IMG/VR virus record: IMGVR_UViG_3300010398_000006
Location: 1-43,821 of that record
DNA length: 43,821 nt
Origin: a virus
Taxonomy: Duplodnaviria; Caudoviricetes
Direction: 5' to 3' (one strand)
Below are positions 17,556-26,455 of this stretch, one piece after another (within the stretch, counting starts at the first letter, position 1; every line of letters begins with the position of its first letter). Below the pieces are notes generated by a model. That model ran no database searches, had not been told where the DNA came from, and worked only from the letters and a program-made list of their open reading frames with translations. Position numbers and translations under genes: made by a program.

Positions 17556-18061
17556 CTGGCCTCCTCGGGGAAGGGCATCTCGGTCCACGTCCGCATCTCC
17601 GTCCAGGTCCCGATGTAGGTGACGGGCACCATGGCGAGCCCTTGCGGGGATGCCGGCCAGTTCTCGCCGGGGTGGGGAAATGAGCACACCCGGGGCGCCG
17701 TCGACAGCCTCAGATCGGGTGGTTGGTGTTCGATCCACCAATGGCTGCACTGGCCGAGGACGAGGACGACGCGCGCGCCAGGGGCAGCGACGCTGGGCGT
17801 GACCGGCTCCTCGCATGCGTCCACCTCGACCGGGGTCACCTGGGCGAGCTCGACCAGGGCCAGGGCCAGGGCGGCGCGCAGCTGCCGGGCGGTGGAGCGC
17901 TGCCGTTCCAGGATCTCCACCACTGCGGCCATGGCCGGGATCGCCCCATGCGTCTGGTAGGCGCGGCGGATGCCGGGCAGGTGCTGGTGAAGGTCGTCCA
18001 GGGACCTGGCGTGCAGCTGGTCGGCGTGGGCCACGTCGGCCGCGTTGTGGTCGGTCGTCAT
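17552..18061 (-). CDS. Hypothetical protein
   Basis: Translationally coupled at both ends. Confidence 0.6.
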   Translation of the reverse strand: MTTDHNAADVAHADQLHARSLDDLHQHLPGIRRAYQTHGAIPAMAAVVEILERQRSTARQLRAALALALVELAQVTPVEVDACEEPVTPSVAAPGARVVLVLGQCSHWWIEHQPPDLRLSTAPRVCSFPHPGENWPASPQGLAMVPVTYIGTWTEMRTWTEMPFPEEAS

Positions 18062-18324
18062 GAGTGTTGGCGTCCTTTCCGGCGGTGGGCGGCCGCTTGG
18101 GGGCAGGTGACGAAATGCGCCAGGCGCAGGTCTGTGCGGCCGAACGCCCGGTCCGCAGGGACGACCTGCGACAGCGGCGGCCGGCCCTCCCTGGCGGTCA
18201 GGCGGATGTTGCCGCCCTGGACAGGTTGCGCGTCGACGAGCTGGGCTTTCCCGCGTTCGGTCTCGGCCCAGATGACCTGGGCGGGGCAGGACTTGCAGTA
18301 CGGGCCCGCGTCGAAGTCAGCCAT
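18058..18324 (-). CDS. Small zinc-binding phage protein
   Basis: CKSC...IWA...VDAQP...HFVTCP pattern; GGAGG RBS. Confidence 0.7.
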   Translation of the reverse strand: MADFDAGPYCKSCPAQVIWAETERGKAQLVDAQPVQGGNIRLTAREGRPPLSQVVPADRAFGRTDLRLAHFVTCPQAAAHRRKGRQHS

Positions 18325-18604
18325 CCCGGGCCTCCGTCGTGTCCGAGCCCACCCGGGCAGCACGGTCGCGAAGCCACTCGGCGATGTTGCGGTTGCTGAT
18401 CGGCGTACCGGGCTCGAAGCCGTCGGCCTGGATCTCGTCGGCGGCTTTGAGTAGCGCGGCCCGTTCGATGTGCGGGGCGGCGGCGCGGACGCCGGGCGCA
18501 GTTAGGTTGAGCCAAGCCGCCCGCGCTCGCGCCGACAGCGGGGGATTGCCGTAAAGGGCTCGGCTCGCCGCTTCGAACGCCTCGGCCAGGGCGTCACTGT
18601 CCAT
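18317..18604 (-). CDS. Hypothetical protein
   Basis: GGAGG RBS; overlapping neighbours. Confidence 0.6.
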   Translation of the reverse strand: MDSDALAEAFEAASRALYGNPPLSARARAAWLNLTAPGVRAAAPHIERAALLKAADEIQADGFEPGTPISNRNIAEWLRDRAARVGSDTTEARDG

Positions 18605-18872
18605 CGGGGACCTCCGTCACGTACGGCGCGATGTCGGTGTTGCCCAGCCACAGCAGCAGCCGCACCAGGTTGTGAACGTCCGGCGGCTTACCCCGCGCGG
18701 TCCTCGTGATGACGCTCAGGCCGGGGACGCCGGCCTCACGCAGCACGGCACGCCATGACAGGTGGCGTTGACGGCGCGCCTTGTCGAGGGCGAGGTAGAG
18801 CGCCTCCACGTCGAACCTGAGCGTCGGGTGTCCGCGTTCGGGTGCGGGGATGTTGGCGGCCCACTCAGCCAT
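18594..18872 (-). CDS. XRE-like HTH protein
   Basis: LSWRAVLREAGV...ITR...GKPP HTH-like pattern; GGAGG RBS. Confidence 0.6.
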   Translation of the reverse strand: MAEWAANIPAPERGHPTLRFDVEALYLALDKARRQRHLSWRAVLREAGVPGLSVITRTARGKPPDVHNLVRLLLWLGNTDIAPYVTEVPDGQ

Positions 18873-18911
18873 GGCGGTCCTCCATCGTTGGTAGGGCGTC
18901 GATCGCCGCGA

Positions 18912-19229
18912 TCAACACCCGCGTCTCCGGCCGCACCGTCGCCCCGGCACGCTCCGCTTCGGCGATGTGCACACCCGCCACGTCCTCGCCGCGACCTTCA
19001 GGTTGGCCACCGCCGTCTGCTCGCGGGCCTCCTCGCGGGCCTCCTGCTCGCCGCGTTGACCAACGAGCAGTGCCACGACTTCGGCTTCGTGGTAGCGGCG
19101 GTGGCCGCCGAGGGTGCGCAGGGTGGTGAGGCGGCCTTCGTTGGCCCAGCGGGTTACCGTGCGGCGGTTGACGCGGAAGATGGCGGCGACCTCGCCGGGG
19201 TTCAGCAGCCGATCCTCCTCAGCGGACAT
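18912..19229 (-). CDS. bldC: BldC-family (MerR/Xis-like) DNA-binding protein
   Basis: LLNPGEVAAIFRVNRRTVTRWANEGRLTTLRTLGGHRRYHEAEV closely follows the recalled BldC sequence. Confidence 0.8.
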   Translation of the reverse strand: MSAEEDRLLNPGEVAAIFRVNRRTVTRWANEGRLTTLRTLGGHRRYHEAEVVALLVGQRGEQEAREEAREQTAVANLKVAARTWRVCTSPKRSVPGRRCGRRRGC

Positions 19230-20079
19230 CGGCATCCTCCCCGGGGCGGATCATTGCGGTGAACAGCACGATGGCGGACTCCTGCAGAACGTCCACTGTG
19301 GGCCGCAACCGATCCCTGGCCGCAGCCCTGGCCGCAGCCCTGGCCGCATCCCCGGCCGCATCCCCGGCCGCATCCCCGGCCGCATCCCAGGCCGCATCCC
19401 CGGCCGCATCCCCGGCCGCAGCCCTGGCCGCAGCCCTGGCCGCAGCCCTGGCCGCAGCCCCGGCCGCAGCCCCGGCCGCAGCCCCGGCCGCATCCCCGGC
19501 CGCAGCCCCGGCCGCATCCCAGGCCGCAGCCCAGGCCGCATCCCAGGCCGCAGCCCCGGCCGCATCCCAGGCCGCAGCCCCGGCCGCATCCCAGGCCGCA
19601 GCCCAGGCCGCAGCCGCCTTCGTCTGCGCGTCCCGGACGACCGGGCCAGCCTCCCGCGCGGCCACCAGATCCACGATGCGGCGCAGATCCCGCAGCGACT
19701 GGGCCTCGGCGGTGAGACCTGCCAGGTCCAGCCACGTCGGAGTGTAGGTGCGGATCAGCCAGTCCAGCGCCATGTACGAGCGGGTCTCGTCCAGCCCGTC
19801 GCCTGCGGTGCCGACCAGTTGCGGGATCAGCGGCTTCAGCAGCTGGCGCCGCTCGTCAGGGAGGACGTCGTTGAGTCGGGTGCCGAAGATCTGCAGCACC
19901 CGTGAGACGCAGGCCGGTGCGTCGGTGTGGCCTTCGCCGGCGAACCAGGCGACGGCTTCGAGGAGGCACACGCCTTCGGCGCGCGTGCCGTGGGCTCCGT
20001 TGAGCAGGGTGACGGTGTCGAGGTTCATGGTGGCGGCGGCGGGATCCGTTTGGGTGTCAACGGTGGTTGACGGTGTCAT
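19219..20079 (-). CDS. Phage protein with AA(W/G/R)(D/A) tetrapeptide repeats
   Basis: CLLEAVAWFAGEGHTDAPACV N-terminal domain followed by the repeat tract. Confidence 0.75.
   Translation of the reverse strand: MTPSTTVDTQTDPAAATMNLDTVTLLNGAHGTRAEGVCLLEAVAWFAGEGHTDAPACVSRVLQIFGTRLNDVLPDERRQLLKPLIPQLVGTAGDGLDETRSYMALDWLIRTYTPTWLDLAGLTAEAQSLRDLRRIVDLVAAREAGPVVRDAQTKAAAAWAAAWDAAGAAAWDAAGAAAWDAAWAAAWDAAGAAAGDAAGAAAGAAAGAAARAAARAAARAAAGDAAGDAAWDAAGDAAGDAAGDAARAAARAAARDRLRPTVDVLQESAIVLFTAMIRPGEDADVR
19313..19612. repeat. 25 x 12-bp tandem repeat (g/t)ccc(t/c/a)ggccgca
   Basis: Counted directly; only two positions vary. Confidence 0.92.
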
Positions 20080-21122
20080 GCTGCGTGCTCCTGTTCTTGG
20101 TGGATGCGGTTGCGGTTGATCCATGCGGCGGTGTGCGAGTCCAGGTAGATGATCTTGACGATGTGTCGCCGGTCGGGGTGTTCGGAGATGATGCGGGCGG
20201 CCTTGGGGGGGCCGTACTCCTGGGCGACCCACACGGTGGGCGGGTCACCAGCGGCAGGTGTGGTCTGCGCCGGTGGTGGGGGCGTAGCAGCGGGGGCAGG
20301 CTCTGACCGTGTCCGGGTCTTGGACGTGCGGGCTGGTTTGGCCGGCTGTGTGGGTCGTTGCCGGGTGTTGCGGCGCCGGCGTGGGGTCGGGGCGTCCGAG
20401 GGCGTGGCCGCGGCAGGTGGGGCACCACCTGGACGGGGTGCCGTGGGGTTTGGGGCAGTCGGGGTGGTGGCCGTTGTGGCCGCGGCGGGTGGGGTGTCGG
20501 TCCACAGTGGTTCCTCTCGCGCGCGCGGATCCGCATCTTCCGTACGGGAGTCGGTGGGTGGTTGGGAGGTAGTAGTGGTGACGTGGTACTGGGAGGTGGG
20601 TACACACGGCGTGGGTTGTGGTCCACCCACGCCATGGGTTGTGGTCCCCGGGTTCCCACCCACGGCGTGGGTTGTGGTGTCGGCGGGCGACAACCCATGT
20701 CCCGGGTTGTCGTCGGCTGGTTGACCACCCACCGGGCGGGTTGTGGTCCGGCGCGATTCGAGGACGCTGCGGGCCTGCCGGATGTGCGCGGCCGCGGCGA
20801 CGACAGCAGCCGGCGACAGGACCTCAACACGCTCGAGCAGATCGGGGTGCAACGTGAGGCGGTACTCGTTCGCGGTACCGCGGCGCCCGGCACGCTTCAC
20901 CAGCTCGATCAGCCCCGCCCGGCGCAGGGTGGCCATGGCGGCTTGGACCACGTTGTACGTGAGCTCACAGTCCACGGCCAGGCGCGCGTTGCCCGGGAAC
21001 ACGCGGGTCCCGTCGGAGTCGGCGTAGGTGGCGAGGGTGAGGGCGACGAGGGTGACGGTGCGGCCGAGGCGGGCGCGTTTGACCACGTCGGTCCACTGCC
21101 GCAACGTCACCAGCTCGTCCAC
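20076..21122 (-). CDS. Replication initiator-like winged-HTH protein
   Basis: VALTLATYADSDGTRVFPGNARLA...LRRAGLI N-terminal wHTH; internal iteron-like repeats. Confidence 0.65.
   Translation of the reverse strand: MDELVTLRQWTDVVKRARLGRTVTLVALTLATYADSDGTRVFPGNARLAVDCELTYNVVQAAMATLRRAGLIELVKRAGRRGTANEYRLTLHPDLLERVEVLSPAAVVAAAAHIRQARSVLESRRTTTRPVGGQPADDNPGHGLSPADTTTHAVGGNPGTTTHGVGGPQPTPCVPTSQYHVTTTTSQPPTDSRTEDADPRAREEPLWTDTPPAAATTATTPTAPNPTAPRPGGAPPAAATPSDAPTPRRRRNTRQRPTQPAKPARTSKTRTRSEPAPAATPPPPAQTTPAAGDPPTVWVAQEYGPPKAARIISEHPDRRHIVKIIYLDSHTAAWINRNRIHQEQEHAA
20605..20747. repeat. Iteron-like repeats GGGTTGTGGT (putative origin)
   Basis: Copies at 20613, 20636, 20669, 20738; variant at 20704; inverted variant 20687-20696. 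Confidence 0.65.
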
Positions 21123-21352
21123 ACGCCCACCGCCCCTTCTGCGCTGGTGCGGGCCCCCCGGCCGGCATCTGGGGAAGTCACGCCGGCCGAGGGGTTCCCC
21201 GGGTTGTGCTCGGGCTTGTCGTGCCCAGTGCCGCCCACCCAGCGGTGGTCTTCGACAAACCCCTCGCCCCGGACTGTGGCCGGGGAATGGGACCGTGATC
21301 GGTCCGCGGCGCCGATACCTGCCACCTGTCAGCAGGTGATCGGCGCACCATG

Positions 21353-21991
21353 TCACCTGGTCATGGGGTGCTCCTCGATGTAGGCGGCCATCACAGCCTT
21401 CGGGATCACACCCCGGCCGGGGCATGCGATGCTGTGCTCCCGGGCCCACGCCCGCACCTGCCTCGGGTCGTGGTCAGGCGTACGGCGCGGCGCCTTCCGA
21501 CCCGGGACACCGGCCGCCGTGGCTTCCTCACGCGCCTGGGCGAGCTCGGCCTCCAGGCGGGCCACCTTCGCCAAAGCCTCAGCCCGGGCCGCCTCCACAC
21601 GCTCGGCCTCGGCCCGCTCGGCGACCTCCGCCTCCAGCCGCTCCAGCAGGTCCTCCAGGAGGTTCCGCGCCCGCACCGCCAACCGTTGGACCAACACCGA
21701 CGGATGAGCCTCGGCGACCTGAAGGACTCCCTCCCACGTGGACAGTGGATCCTCTTCAGGCGGCGGATGTGTGGCGGCGGGTTCGACGAACTCAGCCGCC
21801 GCTGGCGGCCCGGCTGGGGTATCACGGCCGTCGATGATCCGCGCCGCCCGGGCCCGGTCCAGGTCGCACAGGTCGGTCAGCATCCGCTGGATGACGGACA
21901 GGTTCTTGCCCGTGGCGTACGCGATGTCGCCGACGGTGGCGCCGCGCGCGAACCGTTCGAGGGCCTCCCGCTCCGCCGCGGTGAGCTTCAT
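21353..21991 (-). CDS. HTH + coiled-coil + Lsr2 DNA-binding-domain protein
   Basis: C-terminal VRAWAREHSIACPGRGVIPKAVMAAY matches the Lsr2 C-domain pattern. Confidence 0.75.
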   Translation of the reverse strand: MKLTAAEREALERFARGATVGDIAYATGKNLSVIQRMLTDLCDLDRARAARIIDGRDTPAGPPAAAEFVEPAATHPPPEEDPLSTWEGVLQVAEAHPSVLVQRLAVRARNLLEDLLERLEAEVAERAEAERVEAARAEALAKVARLEAELAQAREEATAAGVPGRKAPRRTPDHDPRQVRAWAREHSIACPGRGVIPKAVMAAYIEEHPMTR

Positions 21992-22227
21992 GACCCTTCT
22001 CCGGCCCTGCGTTGGTGCTCCGCCTGGGCAACGGCCACCCGCCGCGTCGCGGCCGCCGCCATCGCGGCGCGGGCGGCCACCGCATCCGGGTCGTGGATGG
22101 CGTTGCCGCGCGGCAGCGGGCACCGGACGCAGCAGCCACGCAACAGCGGGTCGGCCTTGTACTCGTGCGCGTCGGGGTGCGGCGCCCGGGGCACCGGCAC
22201 CCGCCGCCGGCGGGCCCGGGTGGCCAT
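21988..22227 (-). CDS. Small Cys/His-containing hypothetical protein
   Basis: Coupled start and stop; CVRCPLP...H. Confidence 0.55.
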   Translation of the reverse strand: MATRARRRRVPVPRAPHPDAHEYKADPLLRGCCVRCPLPRGNAIHDPDAVAARAAMAAAATRRVAVAQAEHQRRAGEGS

Positions 22228-23972
22228 CAGCCGGCCCTCGCCAACGCAGGCAGGATGTCGACCGGGCGCCGGTCCGGCGGCGTCGCACACGTGCAGTCCT
22301 GGTACGGCTCACCACACCGCACACACTCAGCACTCAGCAGCCGCCCTACCGGGTCCCGGGAGCCGTCCACCACCCGGTGCCCGTCGACCAGTTCGGCCAG
22401 CGCAGCCTCCGCCACCTCGGCAACGCCGGCGAGCTCGTCGACGACCACCAAGGGTGCGGCCATGCGGGGCGCGTACTCGTCGACGAGCTCGGCCGCATGC
22501 TTCTCATCCGCGGCCAGACCGGTGGTGCCCCAGGCCAGGTGCCGGTCCACCCACCGCAACCCTTCCCGGTCCAGCTGCACCCTGGCCCGGGTGACCGCGA
22601 CGTAGGCCAACATGGCGTCGTCCCGTGCGATGCGGCCGGGCATGCCCGCCTCGTCGTCCTTCGGCTCGCGGAAGTCGTCCGCCACAGCCACGACGCCCCA
22701 CTCCCGGCCCTTGGCCTTGTGCGCGGTGGAGAGCACGACCTGGGCGTACTCCTCGTCGACGAGCCGGTCGACGATCTCGATCACCGCGGCCGGGGTGTAG
22801 GTGTCGATCAGCTGGACGAACACGCGCAGGTCGGCGCCGGCCGCGTCCTCCTCCACGTACTGCTGCACCTCCGACCAGGTGCGGAACGCCATCAGCTCCG
22901 GGTGGTCGCAGCCCATGCCCATGCGCAGCGACATCGCGGCCTCCGCCATCCGCCGGATGTCGGTGGCGCCGCCGACGAGGGCCGCGGTGCGGCCGCCGTC
23001 CATCAATGCGACGGCCCGGGCGACGGCGCCGGCGTTGGTGCGGCACAGGACCGCGTCCGCCACCTCCGCCGGCCACACCCGGGACGCGATGTGCGGGTTG
23101 CCTGTCAACCGGAGGTCAGCGTCGAGCAGCTGCAGCCACTTGTTGGCCTCGTCCGCGATCTCGCGACCGAACCGCCACGACTGCGACAACACCAACCGGT
23201 GACCGTCGAATGTGGACATGGCGTCGATCGCGCCGCGCCAGCCGTAGATCGACTGGCACCGGTCCCCCACCATGATCCGCTGCGCGTCCTGCCCTTCGAC
23301 GAGGGCGGCGACGGCCGGGTTGGCGTCCTGCGCCTCGTCCAACAGCACGTAGTCCGCGCCGAGCTGCGGCCGGGTCAGGCACCACGCCTTCAGGTAGTGA
23401 TCGTGGTCGTATTTGAGGCACCCGTCCGGTTGGGTCAAGTCCACATCCCACGCCCGCTGCGCCAGGGGTACGAGGAGGCGGGCGAGCTCGCCGCGGCAGG
23501 CCAGGTCCTCCAGCCCGGTCACCACGGGCACGTGCGCGGCGCTGATCGTGTCGTCGGCGGAGTAGCACCAACGCCGGACGGTGTCCATGACGAGGCGGGC
23601 GATCTGCTGCGGGGCGAGGGGCGCCCGCTCCGCGCTGATGCGGGCGGCCTGGTTGATGCCCAGGATCCGGGCCGTATCGCGGGCGGTCATACGCGGGGCG
23701 GACAGGCGGTGCCCCATCTGCTTGCCCACGGCGGCGAACGCGAACGCGTGCGCCGTCCTGCACTCCACATTGGACGGGAACCGCAGCCGGGCGTCGCCGG
23801 CGATCGCCTTGTTGTACGCCAGATACACCCCGGACTCCGGGGTGGAGGCGGCGATCATCTCCAACGTGGACGTCTTCCCCGTCCCAGCGCCGGCCTCGAT
23901 GACCAGGTCATGCCCGAACGCGAATGCGTCCACAATCGCCTGCTGCTCCAAGGTGGGTGTGCGCCCGGTCAT
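22227..23972 (-). CDS. UvrD/SF1 helicase
   Basis: AGAGTGKT, LDEAQD, GDRCQSIYGWRGA, STAHKAKGREW, YVAVTRAR. Confidence 0.93.
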   Translation of the reverse strand: MTGRTPTLEQQAIVDAFAFGHDLVIEAGAGTGKTSTLEMIAASTPESGVYLAYNKAIAGDARLRFPSNVECRTAHAFAFAAVGKQMGHRLSAPRMTARDTARILGINQAARISAERAPLAPQQIARLVMDTVRRWCYSADDTISAAHVPVVTGLEDLACRGELARLLVPLAQRAWDVDLTQPDGCLKYDHDHYLKAWCLTRPQLGADYVLLDEAQDANPAVAALVEGQDAQRIMVGDRCQSIYGWRGAIDAMSTFDGHRLVLSQSWRFGREIADEANKWLQLLDADLRLTGNPHIASRVWPAEVADAVLCRTNAGAVARAVALMDGGRTAALVGGATDIRRMAEAAMSLRMGMGCDHPELMAFRTWSEVQQYVEEDAAGADLRVFVQLIDTYTPAAVIEIVDRLVDEEYAQVVLSTAHKAKGREWGVVAVADDFREPKDDEAGMPGRIARDDAMLAYVAVTRARVQLDREGLRWVDRHLAWGTTGLAADEKHAAELVDEYAPRMAAPLVVVDELAGVAEVAEAALAELVDGHRVVDGSRDPVGRLLSAECVRCGEPYQDCTCATPPDRRPVDILPALARAG

Positions 23973-25351
23973 GCGGGCACCAGCCCTTGCAGGTGGCCGA
24001 TCACGCGGGCCGCCTGCCACTGCGTCAGGTCCTTCGTCGAGGCCACCTCATCGGGTTCGATCGCCGTGTTGATCTCGACCAGGCCGGCGGCCGGGTCCAT
24101 CAGGTTCAGCTGCCGCAACAACCGGGTCAGCGCGGTCCGCTGCTCCTGCGTGATCGCCGGCCCCCTCGCCGGCGCGGGCGACACCGGCGCATCCGCTGCC
24201 GGTTGGGCGCGGTGGCCCTTCACCCGGCTTTCGAGGGCCTCGATGACGGTGGCCGCCTCAAGGTTGGTCATGGTGGAGCTGGACTCCACGGTTCGGCCCA
24301 GGATCCGCGACGTGGCCTCCAGGCGGCGGTCCCGGTTGGTCTCGCCGCCGTACCCGAGCCGGGTCCACAGGGCGTGCATCGCCTTGTGCTGGTTGTCCGA
24401 CACCGGCCGGGCGGCCGGGGCCGCTTCCTCCCACGGATCCGCCGCCGGGGGCGCCGCGGCGGCCGCGGATTGGGTGGTCTGGCCGCGGGCCACGATCCAC
24501 TCCCCCAGGGTGGTGGCGTCGCCGTGCTCGTCCACGATGGCCGCACCCAACCACCCGGCCGCCCTGGCCCGCTGGTGAAAGTCGAGCAGCTCCTCACGCG
24601 ACGCGCCCGGCCGGGCCAGGATCTCGTCGCGCAGCTGGGCCGCGGACTCGCGCACGGTCTCGCCGGCGTCGAGCCAGTTCAACAGGGTGCGCCCGAATTC
24701 CTCCGTCGGCCGGTTGATGACCGCCCCGGACAGGACCGGGCAGCGGGACTTCGACACCACCAGGGTGTTGTCCAGGTCCAGGGCGGCGACGAGGGTGAAC
24801 TCGTACTCCAGCCCGTCGCGCTGCTCCGCCTTCAACCCGATCTTCCGCGGGACCTTCTTGCCGCGGTCGTTCTCCTCGACCGCGTACTCGGTCTTCACCC
24901 GCAGGGTGGCGATCACATGCCCGGGGTAGGCGAGGATGGCGTCGATCATTTTCCGCTCGAGGGGGCGCAGTTCCTTCCAGCCGGCGAAGCTGTTCCCGCC
25001 GCCGGAGCGTTTCGCGGCCCGGTCGACCTGCTCGAGCATGCCGTCGGCGCCCATCCAGAAGTGCGACCACGAATCGATGATCACCACGTCGTAGGCGGCG
25101 GCGGCCGCGGCGGCCAATGCTTCGATGAGCAGGTCGGGGGCGAACCGGTCCAGCTGCAGGGTGTCGAACTCGAACAGGTCGGCGTAGAGCTCGGCCGAGC
25201 GTCGTTCGGTGTCGATGACCGCGACCCGGCCGCCCAGCGCGCGGGCGGTGACCAGGGCGGTGTAGGTCTTGCCGGACCCGGACGGCCCCTCCAGGGCGAC
25301 GCGGGCCTTCAGTTGTTTCTTCGTGGCGCGGGTGAACGTCAACGTGGTCAT
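23969..25351 (-). CDS. Sak4-like/AAA_24 P-loop ATPase (single-strand annealing recombinase)
   Basis: GPSGSGKT, IDTER, IIDSWSH, GLEYEFT, SKSRC. Confidence 0.82.
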   Translation of the reverse strand: MTTLTFTRATKKQLKARVALEGPSGSGKTYTALVTARALGGRVAVIDTERRSAELYADLFEFDTLQLDRFAPDLLIEALAAAAAAAYDVVIIDSWSHFWMGADGMLEQVDRAAKRSGGGNSFAGWKELRPLERKMIDAILAYPGHVIATLRVKTEYAVEENDRGKKVPRKIGLKAEQRDGLEYEFTLVAALDLDNTLVVSKSRCPVLSGAVINRPTEEFGRTLLNWLDAGETVRESAAQLRDEILARPGASREELLDFHQRARAAGWLGAAIVDEHGDATTLGEWIVARGQTTQSAAAAAPPAADPWEEAAPAARPVSDNQHKAMHALWTRLGYGGETNRDRRLEATSRILGRTVESSSTMTNLEAATVIEALESRVKGHRAQPAADAPVSPAPARGPAITQEQRTALTRLLRQLNLMDPAAGLVEINTAIEPDEVASTKDLTQWQAARVIGHLQGLVPA

Positions 25352-25701
25352 CACGCAACCTCGCCTTCCGGGACGTACGTGGACTGTGGGCGGCAGTAGT
25401 GGGCGATGCCGAACGGCATCCGGTGATGGCACACCGGGCAGACCCGAGGCGGGGCCGTGCTGGCAGCCCCCGGCGCCTGGATGGCCAGGCGTTCGCGCAG
25501 GACGGTGTTGTCGCGGGCAAGGTTCTGGCACTCCCGGTCCAGATCCCCGACGCGGGCGATCAGCGTGCGGGCGAGCAGGCGGTAGCCGTCGCCGTCCATG
25601 CCGGCGAGACGCACGTCCAGATCGGCCATGATCGCGGCCGCGACCGGCGCCGTGAGGACGGCAGGGATCATCGTCCGGTTGACTCCCAGTGGCGGGATCA
25701 T
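25351..25701 (-). CDS. Hypothetical protein (coiled coil + CxxC)
   Basis: ATGA coupling; CPVC. Confidence 0.55.
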   Translation of the reverse strand: MIPPLGVNRTMIPAVLTAPVAAAIMADLDVRLAGMDGDGYRLLARTLIARVGDLDRECQNLARDNTVLRERLAIQAPGAASTAPPRVCPVCHHRMPFGIAHYCRPQSTYVPEGEVA

Positions 25702-26052
25702 GCGGCCACCCCCGCCAGGCTGGTGACGGGCACCCACATCGGTGGCACCGTGTCCGGCACCGCGACTGGCCACACCGCGGCCGGATCCGCCCCGGGCGGG
25801 TACGGCTGGCGAGCCCGGAGGGCGTTCGCATACGGCCACGCCCGGGCCATCACCGCCGACATCCGGTCGGTCTCGGCGAGCTCGGCCGCGCGCACCTGGG
25901 CGAGCATGCCGGCCCGCCAAGCTGTAGTCGTCCAACATGGCCGCGGCCACCCGCCACGCGTACACATTGGGCGGGTCGCCGCCGGCGGCAAGGGCTGCGC
26001 CGGCGACGAGGACGACGGCGAGACCGGCCACGCCGGCGAGGCTGATCGTCAT
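25698..26052 (-). other. Membrane-anchored hypothetical gene apparently split across two frames near 25920
   Basis: MTISLAGVAGLAVVLV is in one frame; MLAQVRAAEL...GVAA is in another frame and coupled to the next gene. Confidence 0.4.
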
Positions 26053-26270
26053 CATCGGTCGGCCCTCCACCCCGCGGGGTCGAAGTCCCACGTCCCCGCG
26101 TGCACGCGTTGCGGGGCGGCCGGAGTCTGTTCGAAGTGCTTGTCCACCGCATCCACCGCCGGCGCGGTGTAGCCGCGCCGGTACTCGCGCAGCCACCACA
26201 CCAACGCGGCCGCGAGGACGACCGCGCAGACCGCGATCGCGGCCACCTGAACCTGCCAGGACCCCATCAC
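26052..26270 (-). CDS. Small membrane protein
   Basis: N-terminal hydrophobic helix; coupled. Confidence 0.6.
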   Translation of the reverse strand: MMGSWQVQVAAIAVCAVVLAAALVWWLREYRRGYTAPAVDAVDKHFEQTPAAPQRVHAGTWDFDPAGWRADR

Positions 26271-26455
26271 CCATCACCTCCGAGGCGGACCGTCAACATG
26301 GGGGCGTCGGCGGACTGGATGGCGAAGGCCTGCGCCTCGTCGCTCTCGCACGGGTACCGGCCGCCCATCGAGTCACACGCCTGGGCGGGCACGCCGCCGC
26401 AATACGGGCATGCCGCCGGCGGCGGCTCCAACACAACATCCGGCGGGGTCGTCAT
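26267..26455 (-). CDS. Small Cys-containing hypothetical protein
   Basis: ATGA coupling; CPYCG. Confidence 0.55.
   Translation of the reverse strand: MTTPPDVVLEPPPAACPYCGGVPAQACDSMGGRYPCESDEAQAFAIQSADAPMLTVRLGGDG

Noticed and set aside
19313-19612. CRISPR or diversity-generating retroelement repeat
   Set aside because: Head-to-tail coding repeat without spacers; no reverse transcriptase in the genome
21107-21325. 72-aa ORF between the Lsr2-domain gene and rep
   Set aside because: No clear RBS or motif; the frame could not be chosen confidently
21738-24578. 946-aa + strand ORF and similar long antisense ORFs
   Set aside because: Shadow frames of high-GC minus-strand genes, with no motifs
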